Positions 1 through 7,656 of a stretch of 64,000 bases of DNA are shown here, piece by piece. Below the pieces are notes generated by a model. It saw only the letters and a list, made by a program, of their open reading frames with translations. It had not been told where the DNA came from and did not search any database. Source of the DNA: an archaeon (GTDB taxonomy: Archaea; Hydrothermarchaeota; Hydrothermarchaeia; JALTZZ01); the NCBI GenBank assembly GCA_027051165.1, contig JALTZZ010000011.1:5556-69555 (forward strand). Reading direction: 5' to 3'. Made by a program: the position numbers and the translations under genes. Position 1 is the stretch's first letter; each line of letters starts with the position of its first letter.

Positions 1-629
1 GCAAAAGAAACGGATAAAACCCATACAGTTTTAGTAGAAAAATCTCTAAAGCCGATTTTAATCTTTTTCTTTTTAATTTTTAAATTAATAGATTTAAATA
101 AATAAAACGCAAGGAAAAAGGATAAAAAATAGAGTATGGAGCCGACAAGAATTATTTCATTATTATTAAGTGGAAGTATTCCATATAAAAAGTATCCTAA
201 ACTTGAACCAATGCCAGAAACAGCAAAATATAGACCCATATATGCACCCCTCCTTCTCTCTGATGCAGAAAATCCAAAGATAACCTGAACCGTTGGCCAT
301 AAAAGACCTGAAAAAAATCCATGAAATCCGCTTAACATTATAATAAGTGCTGTATTTGGTGCATAGATATAGGAGAGCACAAAAAATGATATCGGAAGTA
401 GGGAATACCTTGCAATAGTTATTCTCAGAGCTGGATTTTTATCTCCTGCAATTCCTGCAATAGAGGAAGCTATTGCCCTTGCAATCATGAAGCTTGAGGT
501 TATTGCCGTAACTTCAAGAGCTGTGGATATGTGCTCTGATCTTACCTTAAGTGCTAAAGCTGGCTTTATGAGAAAAAAAGCTATGCTTGAAACAAATATA
601 AGCAAAAAAATTAATATTCTATCCCTCAT
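1..629 (-). CDS. MFS-type transporter, start codon at 627-629, 3' end beyond window start
   Basis: Manual minus-strand translation gives MRDRILIFLLIFVSSIAFFL..., multi-TM and coding-like to the window edge. TAATG overlap with the downstream ORF. Confidence 0.45.
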   Translation of the reverse strand, partial: MRDRILIFLLIFVSSIAFFLIKPALALKVRSEHISTALEVTAITSSFMIARAIASSIAGIAGDKNPALRITIARYSLLPISFFVLSYIYAPNTALIIMLSGFHGFFSGLLWPTVQVIFGFSASERRRGAYMGLYFAVSGIGSSLGYFLYGILPLNNNEIILVGSILYFLSFFLAFYLFKSINLKIKKKKIKIGFRDFSTKTVWVLSVSF

Positions 630-1324
630 TATCTAACCCTTGCAGAAATCTCACGTGCAATTTCTTCCAAAAACTCCCTCGGATATGGATTTAGCCTCTT
701 ATATTCATCTTTTAAAGTTTTTTCATTCCTAAACTGCTGAAGATAGTAAGGACTCGGTTTAACAATCTCTGCAATTTTTAAAATATCCTCTTTTTTTAGA
801 GTTGGTATAACGGTTGTCCTGAACTCGTGCTCTATTCCGCTGTTTTTTATAATCTCTATACTTCTGATAATCTTTTCAATGTCAACGTCTACACCAACTA
901 TTTCACTGTATCTATCCAGAGGAGCCTTTACATCCATTGCAATGTAGTCAACCAATTTTTTTTCTATCAATTCTTCTATAACCTTAGGATTTGATCCGTT
1001 TGTGTCGAGCTTTATATCGTAACCTATTTTCTTTACCTTCTCGGCAAATTCTACAATATCATCTTGGATAGTTGGCTCACCTCCGAGCAAAACAACTCCA
1101 TTAAGCCACTTCTTCCTCTCCTTTAAAAACATAAGCAAATTATCCTCTTCCAAAATACCTTCGCGAAAATCAACAAGCTCTGGATTATGGCAGAAGCCAC
1201 AGCGGAAGTTGCAGCCCTGAAAGAATATGCTACAGGCTCTGTGCTTTGGGTAGTCTATTAGTGTAAACTTTACTATACCACCTATATGAACCATATTATA
1301 GAACCTCATCTTTAACGATTTCAT
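629..1324 (-). CDS. Radical SAM protein, glycyl-radical/NrdG/PflA-activase-like
   Basis: CNFRCGFCHN (CxxxCxxC) cluster near the N-terminus; 231 aa. Confidence 0.65.
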   Translation of the reverse strand: MKSLKMRFYNMVHIGGIVKFTLIDYPKHRACSIFFQGCNFRCGFCHNPELVDFREGILEEDNLLMFLKERKKWLNGVVLLGGEPTIQDDIVEFAEKVKKIGYDIKLDTNGSNPKVIEELIEKKLVDYIAMDVKAPLDRYSEIVGVDVDIEKIIRSIEIIKNSGIEHEFRTTVIPTLKKEDILKIAEIVKPSPYYLQQFRNEKTLKDEYKRLNPYPREFLEEIAREISARVR

Positions 1325-2255
1325 GCAAGCCTATACAGGGTAGGTTTTCAGCTATTTTTTTGTCGAGCACGTAATAATCTAAGCCAGATTCTTCGCATAT
1401 CTCTCTTAGGAACTCTGCACCTATGCCAGCTAAATAAGCCTTGTTGATTTTATAATTTTTCGATATTTTCTTTAGAGGCTCTGAAATTGATCTTATAATT
1501 TCCTCTTTTATTTGCGTGCATATGTTTACAATCTCCTCTTCTTTGACCTCGTAAACGTCGCTGCAGAGAAGTCTCGCAACCCTTCTCAGGCAAGATCTCC
1601 TATCCTTACCCATCCTATCTGGAGTTTCGCATATATATTTAAGCTTATATCCGAGTATTCTGAAGAGATCTGCGGTTATTGCAAAATATTCGCCAGCAAG
1701 CCTTATATCTCTATTTCTAAACCTTATTGTATTCTTTATCGTGTTCAGAGGTGTTCTTAAAAAACCAATGTAAACAAGCTGACCGTTCATTAGCCTCTCA
1801 AGGTCCGTTTTAAAATATAGGATTTTTCCCCTTTTAAATGGAACTATATCGGTTGTCGTTGATCCCATGTCAAGAAGGATTCCTTCATTAAACTTCTTTT
1901 CTAAATAGTATACACTCGCAACGAAGTTTGCGGCTGCAAGCTTTCTCGGCTCGGTAATACTCTCGACAAGCTCTTTATCAACACTCAGAAAATAGACTTT
2001 TTTAAATATTTTTTTGCATGCATCTACTAATTTAACCACACCCTTCTCTTTATCCTCAAAAACATCGCTAAGTTCAGCGGTAAACGTTGCTGCGATAATA
2101 TTTGGTCTTGTTTCTTTCTTTATTTTTCTTAATACACTTATAACACCCTTTTTCCATACAGGATTGTATATTATTCTGCTTTTTTTAAATTTGTTGTTCA
2201 AGAAAAGAGCGTATTTTGTGTTTGCTCCACCTATATCAAGTGTTAAAACTCTCAT
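1296..2255 (-). CDS. ASKHA-superfamily ATPase (hydantoinase/BadF-BcrA-like fold)
   Basis: N-terminal MRVLTLDIGGANTKYALF phosphate-1 motif and a later LLDMGSTTTD motif; 319 aa. Confidence 0.45.
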   Translation of the reverse strand: MRVLTLDIGGANTKYALFLNNKFKKSRIIYNPVWKKGVISVLRKIKKETRPNIIAATFTAELSDVFEDKEKGVVKLVDACKKIFKKVYFLSVDKELVESITEPRKLAAANFVASVYYLEKKFNEGILLDMGSTTTDIVPFKRGKILYFKTDLERLMNGQLVYIGFLRTPLNTIKNTIRFRNRDIRLAGEYFAITADLFRILGYKLKYICETPDRMGKDRRSCLRRVARLLCSDVYEVKEEEIVNICTQIKEEIIRSISEPLKKISKNYKINKAYLAGIGAEFLREICEESGLDYYVLDKKIAENLPCIGLHEIVKDEVL

Positions 2256-2854
2256 TCACCCACCATTTTCAAAAACTTCTTTAGATCTTCTTCCGTATTT
2301 ATATTAAAAAATGTTATAAGATCTTTATCGAATTTTTTAAAGAATTCTACATCTATAAATTGAACGTTCATCTCCTTTAAAATCTCTCTAACCGTTCTTG
2401 AATTTCTTAATACCTTCTTACACGCTTCTAAGAGGGGCTTCCTCCTATATATTGCATGAAGTGCATAGTATCCCTTCTCAGACTTTGGAACAACGGCATC
2501 AAAATTTCCGCTAACTATAACCTTCTTCATATACTCAAAGATATCTTTGTTCATTTTCGGAGAATCGCATGGAAGAACAACTACAAATTCGTTGCTAATC
2601 TCCTCTGCAGAGCTGCAGATCCCTATTAAAGGAGTTTTTATTTTAAGCTTATCAAAAACAAATTTTGCCCTTAGGTGTTTTAATTTCTCGTAATCCTCCT
2701 TTTTTGCAATAGATATTATAACTTCATCACATATCTCACATGCAAACTCGTATATATGCTCTATAAAGGTCTTACCGTTGTATTTGATGAATTTCTTATC
2801 TCTGCCCATCCTCTTGCTTTCACCACCACCGAGTATTATACATGTAAATTTCAT
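2252..2854 (-). CDS. mobA: Molybdenum cofactor guanylyltransferase MobA-like
   Basis: N-terminus ILGGGESKRMGRDKKF matches the MobA LAGGxSxRMGxDK signature; 200 aa. Confidence 0.7.
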   Translation of the reverse strand: MKFTCIILGGGESKRMGRDKKFIKYNGKTFIEHIYEFACEICDEVIISIAKKEDYEKLKHLRAKFVFDKLKIKTPLIGICSSAEEISNEFVVVLPCDSPKMNKDIFEYMKKVIVSGNFDAVVPKSEKGYYALHAIYRRKPLLEACKKVLRNSRTVREILKEMNVQFIDVEFFKKFDKDLITFFNINTEEDLKKFLKMVGE

Positions 2855-2857
2855 TTA

Positions 2858-3329
2858 ACCCAACTCCGCAACTATTGTATATCTGTTGTTTAATTCTCCG
2901 ATCTTTAATATATTGAATCCTTTCTTCCTCAGATATTTAACAACCTCTTCCTTACTTAATCTACGCTCCAACTATTCTACTCTTCGCTTTCCTCTTTTTT
3001 CCATTCAGATATTATAATTATGGCTTTATCTATTTTATCTAAGGCTTTTAGTTCAATTTCGTGAAGAGTTTATATAGAGACAATAACTTCGACATCTCTA
3101 TCCTATCTTTTGAGATATCAATAGCATAAACCTTCTTTGCATGCTCTGCTATTATATCGGTTATAACACCGGTTCCACATCCAACATCCATAACGACCTT
3201 ATTTTCCAGAAAATACATTATTTCATCAAAAAATTTCTTATACATTAGTATTCTTTCTTTATTTTCAAGAACATGAACTTTGCTCGGATCAAACCTATGT
3301 ATCATGCTGGATATAGCAAAGGTTAACAA
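2858..3329 (-). pseudogene. Class I SAM methyltransferase disrupted by at least two frameshifts
   Basis: Motif I VMDVGCGTGVITD in the 3329..3048 frame. Coding-like continuations HEIELKALDKIDKAIIIISEWKK... and LSKEEVVKYLRKKGFNILKIGELNNRYTIVAELG in two other frames down to 2858. Confidence 0.4.
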
Positions 3330-3365
3330 TAGTATTTGTTGTTAGCTAAAAGATGTGAAGCAAAG

Positions 3366-3406
3366 TATAGCCCGGGGCGGATTCGAACCGCCGTCTCGGG
3401 ATCCAG
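3366..3406. repeat. 41-nt direct repeat identical to the 3' portion of tRNA-Gln (18751-18791); putative att site of an integrated island
   Basis: tatagcccggggcggattcgaaccgccgtctcgggatccag occurs at both sites; the sequences diverge immediately after. Confidence 0.7.
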
Positions 3407-3720
3407 TACTTAGGACAATTGCTAAAAATTTCGGTATTAAGGTTAAGCTTTTTGATGAACGTAACACTTACTGAGAATCAGAGGAACTTGTTAGAATAGA
3501 CGGGCTACTTAAATGTTCCAGTTGCTGTATAAAAGCTCATGGAAACGCTGACGATTACTTTGAATATGGCACTCATCTCTTTATGTTAAAGAGATTCTTT
3601 GCTAAGCTGATGTAGCCAGAATATCATTGGTACCCTTAGAAGCACGAACATCCTCTTAAGCACTTTAGTGCAGGGGGGTGTCAATGGTCTCTTCTACATC
3701 TTCATGTGGTGTTTCCATTT

Positions 3721-3904
3721 TCAATTTTTCTTCTTTTCTTTAACATTTCTTCTTACATTTTCAAGTTCAATTTCTGCTTCAACCTCTTTAATAATTCTTT
3801 TATACTCTCCCACTATTTTTCCAATCTCTTGCAATTTCTGGAAGCTTTTTAGGACCAAATATTAAAAGTGCAAGCACCAGTATAATTATAATTTCTTCCA
3901 ACAT
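3721..3904 (-). pseudogene. tatA: Second TatA-like gene with a +1 frameshift
   Basis: MLEEIIIILVLALLIFGPKKLPEIAR then a stop. The +1 frame continues IGKIVGEYKRIIKEVEAEIELENVRRNVKEKKKN, a typical TatA amphipathic helix. Confidence 0.45.
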
Positions 3905-3909
3905 TTTCC

Positions 3910-4068
3910 TTACTCTTTCTTTTCTTTCTCTTCCTCTTTTAAACCTTTCTTGAATTCTCTTTTTGTCTTTCCTAAAGCACGTGCAAGTTCAGGTATTTTA
4001 TTTGCACCAAACAGTATAATTACTACAAGCAATATAAGCAGCCATTCTCCGGCTCCTATGTTAAACAT
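3910..4068 (-). CDS. tatA: Sec-independent (Tat) translocase subunit TatA/E
   Basis: [42 protein letters not shown], the canonical TatA TM plus hinge FG plus amphipathic helix. Not in the ORF track because it is under 60 aa. Confidence 0.75.
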   Translation of the reverse strand: MFNIGAGEWLLILLVVIILFGANKIPELARALGKTKREFKKGLKEEEKEKKE

Positions 4069-4118
4069 CACCTTAACCTCCTTTTGTTTTTAAATTTTTT
4101 TAATAATTATTTAATAAT

Positions 4119-4700
4119 TTAGCTAATAACTTCGAAATATTTTTCATTGAGGCACATTTTGCATACAAGGTTGTTATCAACAATCTTCATGTAGTTTTTT
4201 GGCTGAAGCTCTCCACAAATACTGCACTCGACTATTTCATCTTTTTTAAACTCTAAATTGGCTGTAATTTTCACTTTTTCCACATTGAAATACCTTTCAT
4301 CTAAATTGAGGAAGATTTTAACAAGCTTTTCTCTATCCTCTTTTGAAAGCTTTCCATTTCTATATATAAACTTTTCAACCTCCTTTGAAACCTTGCTTGC
4401 ATCTTTTTTTAGAGAAACTCTATAACCTATTTTAGTATCGTAGTTTGCAAGAGTTAGTGCAAGCTTTCCGTAATCCTTAACAATAAGGTTTAGATTACCG
4501 GGGGTAGTTCCAGCAAATGCTTGCATGGCATCTGGTATGCATACCCTTGTTTCTGCGATTCCTGTTATTCCTCTACCTCTTTTATTTGTTTTTAAATGCT
4601 TATATGCAATTTCGCACATTCTTATCCCAAGTGCTACACCGGGGCTAAGATGCCCATGGATTTTTTCAGCAAGCTTTATAGCTTCTTCTTTGCTTATCAA
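4119..4700 (-). CDS. FmdE/FwdE-family protein with C-terminal zinc ribbon
   Basis: HGHLSPGVALGIRM FwdE-like motif; C-terminal CSICG...CKMC. Confidence 0.65.
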   Translation of the reverse strand: MISKEEAIKLAEKIHGHLSPGVALGIRMCEIAYKHLKTNKRGRGITGIAETRVCIPDAMQAFAGTTPGNLNLIVKDYGKLALTLANYDTKIGYRVSLKKDASKVSKEVEKFIYRNGKLSKEDREKLVKIFLNLDERYFNVEKVKITANLEFKKDEIVECSICGELQPKNYMKIVDNNLVCKMCLNEKYFEVIS

Positions 4701-5911
4701 TACAGGTTCACCTCCACCTCTTCACCTTCTTCTAAATCTCTTTCTGTTAACATGAAGCCATCGGCTAAAACTGTTCTCGTCATTTGAGATATAAGGCTTA
4801 CTGCATATTTATCTCCCTTAGGCAATAAACGAACAGGAGAATCTACATAGCCTACTGGAAAAGCTTTTCCATCGGCAATCTTAACAAAGACTATATATGT
4901 AAATCCCTTTGTTGGTATTCTTACTTCGTGTGCTATTTTTGCTCGAATTTTTGGAAATGGAATATCTCCGTAGAAGAACGCTCTCAAAGCAAACATCATA
5001 GATATAAAAGCTCCTGCTGGCTTTCCTGGAAGGGCAAAAACAGGCTTGTTGTTAACTATACCTATAGCTAATGGTTTTCCCGGTCTCTGCTTAACCCTAT
5101 AAAGCAAAAGATCACCTTCTTCTTTTAAAACCTTTATTACATAATCCTTTCTTCCAACGCTTACACCGCCGCTTGTAACGACTGCATCGTATTCCTTTGT
5201 TCCCTCTATTATCATCTCCCTTATCTCCTCGTAGCTGTCATCGGTTATACCTAAAAAGGCTGGCTCGTGCCCCCATTTCCTCAAAAAGCTCATTATCATT
5301 GGACCATTTGTATCGTTTCTCATTCCCCTCTTTATCTCATCTCCGTTGGAAAACACTGCAACCCTCATCTTCCTATAAACCTTAACCTTCTTGATTCCTA
5401 AGCTGTGAAGAACAGCTATTTCTTGAGGTCCAATACGTCTCTTTGCCTCTATTACAACTTCACCTTCCTTTACCTCACTTCCCCTTTTTAGCACGTATGT
5501 TCCGCTCTTTATTTTTTTACCGTAGAGCAAGCTACCTTTTACTTCAGCAAGCTCAACCTTTAAAACAGCATCCGCACCTCTCGGTAGAGCGGCACCAGTT
5601 GTTATGTAGAACGCTTCTCCTTTATTAAGCTTTGTATCACTCTCATTTCCCGCATATATACTGCCAACTATCTTTAAAGGATAACTGTCAGAGCTCCTTA
5701 TTGCATAGCCATCCATCGTTGCTAAGTCGTGCTTAGGCAATGTTACTGGTGAAACTATGTCTTCTGCAAGCTCTCTATCGAGGGCTTCATCCACATTTAT
5801 CTCCTCAACTCCTCTATTGTAGTAAAATTTTTCCCTAAGTTTTTTCATAAAGCTTATTGAATCATCTATGCTAACCATCTCGTGCATGAAGCTCACCGAT
5901 AATTTCTTCAA
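4697..5911 (-). CDS. moeA: Molybdopterin molybdotransferase MoeA
   Basis: ATMDGYAIRS N-domain motif and a GGVSVG MoCF-binding domain; 404 aa. Confidence 0.8.
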   Translation of the reverse strand: MKKLSVSFMHEMVSIDDSISFMKKLREKFYYNRGVEEINVDEALDRELAEDIVSPVTLPKHDLATMDGYAIRSSDSYPLKIVGSIYAGNESDTKLNKGEAFYITTGAALPRGADAVLKVELAEVKGSLLYGKKIKSGTYVLKRGSEVKEGEVVIEAKRRIGPQEIAVLHSLGIKKVKVYRKMRVAVFSNGDEIKRGMRNDTNGPMIMSFLRKWGHEPAFLGITDDSYEEIREMIIEGTKEYDAVVTSGGVSVGRKDYVIKVLKEEGDLLLYRVKQRPGKPLAIGIVNNKPVFALPGKPAGAFISMMFALRAFFYGDIPFPKIRAKIAHEVRIPTKGFTYIVFVKIADGKAFPVGYVDSPVRLLPKGDKYAVSLISQMTRTVLADGFMLTERDLEEGEEVEVNLY

Positions 5912-6530
5912 TTATGCTCCTCTCAAGCAATATAAAACCTCGTGTAATTTTTGCAACCCCCTTATAAAAATTTACCCTCGATTCTTTCTCCATGACATCG
6001 CAGAACGTTGGTATCCATGATAGTATGTGTTCTTCTAAGAACTCCCTTTCAAAATTTAAATATTTCTTAGCTTCATTTATATTTCCTTTTATATGGGCTT
6101 CCATCTCTCTATAGCAGAGGAGTGACATGAACCTAAGTTCTGTTCCTATATAATCCTGAGGCCCTGGGTATTCATCTATTATTCCAAATCCAGCTTTAAT
6201 AAACTTTTTGAGAACTTCTATTGTAGATTTTCCCATTACTATACCTTCTCCCTTATAAACAGATTCATAAGGCGGAGGCGGACTGTAACCTTCTTTTATA
6301 CCTCTGAAGAGTCTTGTAAACTCTACCAAGAGATTATCTTCTTTCTCTTTTTCTAAAGATTTTTTTAAAATATCAATGCCTTCTTTGATTTCTCTCTCCA
6401 TTCCATTTGTATTTATCTCTTTTAGATTTTCTTTAAGTTTCTTTATAAATTCTTTATCTGGTTTTCTTAAATAGAACTCGCTCAAAAACCAATAAAATTT
6501 GCTCCTTGCTTCTGCTATCTTTTCGAACAA
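5871..6530 (-). CDS. TorD/DmsD-family redox enzyme maturation chaperone
   Basis: TRLFRGIKEGYSPPPPYESVY matches the TorD family signature; 219 aa. Confidence 0.65.
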   Translation of the reverse strand: MFEKIAEARSKFYWFLSEFYLRKPDKEFIKKLKENLKEINTNGMEREIKEGIDILKKSLEKEKEDNLLVEFTRLFRGIKEGYSPPPPYESVYKGEGIVMGKSTIEVLKKFIKAGFGIIDEYPGPQDYIGTELRFMSLLCYREMEAHIKGNINEAKKYLNFEREFLEEHILSWIPTFCDVMEKESRVNFYKGVAKITRGFILLERSIIEEIIGELHARDG

Positions 6531-6556
6531 CTACATCACCACAAAAATAAAGAGAA

Positions 6557-6976
6557 TTATTGTGCAGCGGTTCCATAGAGCTCCTTAGCTATACCTCCCT
6601 TCTTGTGGCAGCCCAAGCAGACTCCTCTGTCAACTACTCCCGGTGCTCCTCTTACTGGAACCTTATACTTGCGCTGGTATATGTAGTCTGGAGCATACTC
6701 CTTAGCTACATGGCACGTTTGACACGTTAAGCCGAGTGCATTTGCATGAATGTTGTGGTATCTCTTGCCTATATCCATGCCGTATTCCTTGCCAACGTCT
6801 ATCTCACCTTTTCTTATCTTTTCAGCAGTTTCTGCAAAAGTGAGCACCTTTATCTTTTCCACAACTTTTGGTTTTTCCTCCGGCTTTGCAGCAGCTGGCT
6901 TTTCCTCTGGCTTTTCGCATGCAGAGAAGACAAATAGAATTCCTACAAAGACAATCAACAACAGGATCTTCCTCAT
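6557..6976 (-). CDS. Membrane-anchored (lipoprotein-like) dihaem cytochrome c, NapB-like size
   Basis: Two CxxCH motifs (CQTCH, CLGCH). N-terminal signal peptide ending VFSAC with a lipobox-like cysteine. KPEEKP linker repeats. Likely real start is the ATG at 6976 with a GAGGTGA RBS; the ORF track starts at a TTG. Confidence 0.7.
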   Translation of the reverse strand: MRKILLLIVFVGILFVFSACEKPEEKPAAAKPEEKPKVVEKIKVLTFAETAEKIRKGEIDVGKEYGMDIGKRYHNIHANALGLTCQTCHVAKEYAPDYIYQRKYKVPVRGAPGVVDRGVCLGCHKKGGIAKELYGTAAQ

Positions 6977-6986
6977 CTCAATCACC

Positions 6987-7646
6987 TCATAGAAGGTAGT
7001 AAACCTGCGGTCTTGTTCCAAACTCCTTCTTTAGCTGTATAGCTCTTCTCTTTGCAATCAGCTTTGAAACTTCGCTGTTGGGATCGTCTAAGTCGCCAAA
7101 ATGTCTTGCTCTTACTGGACAAACCACTACGCAAGCTGGTGTTGATTCCTGATCGCTCCCCGGCTTTTTGCCTTCTTTAATAGCCTTCTCTATCCTGTGC
7201 CAGCAGAGTGTGCACTTCTCAGCCACTCCCGGCTTCTTTCTATGAGTCCAGTGCCTCTTTTCGTATGGTATGTTTTCATAGGGAGTTTTTTCTCTGTTTG
7301 GATACAAAGGCTTGATCTCATCTATAAAGTGAATTACGCCATAGGGACATGCTGCGATGCAGTATCTAGCCCCTTTGCACTTATCATAGTTTATTAGAAC
7401 AACTCCGTATTCGTTTTTGCTTATCGCCTTTGCTGGACAAGCTTTTACGCAAGGCGGATTTTCACAGTGCATGCAGCTTACCGGAACAAAAACCCTTCTA
7501 ACGCTTGGATACCTCCCCTGCTCATACTCGTTAACATACAACCAGTAGTTTCCCGGCTGAACGAAGTTCTCTATTTTGCAAGCAGCTACGCATGCTCTAC
7601 AACCAATGCACCTCTTTAAGTCAACAACAAGACCATATTTAACCAT
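6987..7646 (-). CDS. 4Fe-4S ferredoxin-type electron-transfer subunit of the molybdoenzyme
   Basis: Four Cys clusters (CIGCRACVAAC, CMHCENPPCVKAC, CKGARYCIAACP, CTLC...CVVVCP); 219 aa. Confidence 0.85.
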   Translation of the reverse strand: MVKYGLVVDLKRCIGCRACVAACKIENFVQPGNYWLYVNEYEQGRYPSVRRVFVPVSCMHCENPPCVKACPAKAISKNEYGVVLINYDKCKGARYCIAACPYGVIHFIDEIKPLYPNREKTPYENIPYEKRHWTHRKKPGVAEKCTLCWHRIEKAIKEGKKPGSDQESTPACVVVCPVRARHFGDLDDPNSEVSKLIAKRRAIQLKKEFGTRPQVYYLL

Positions 7647-7656
7647 TTAAACCACC

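Noticed and set aside
3048-3329. Stand-alone 93-aa methyltransferase gene
   Set aside because: Better explained as the first segment of a frameshifted longer methyltransferase (2858-3329).
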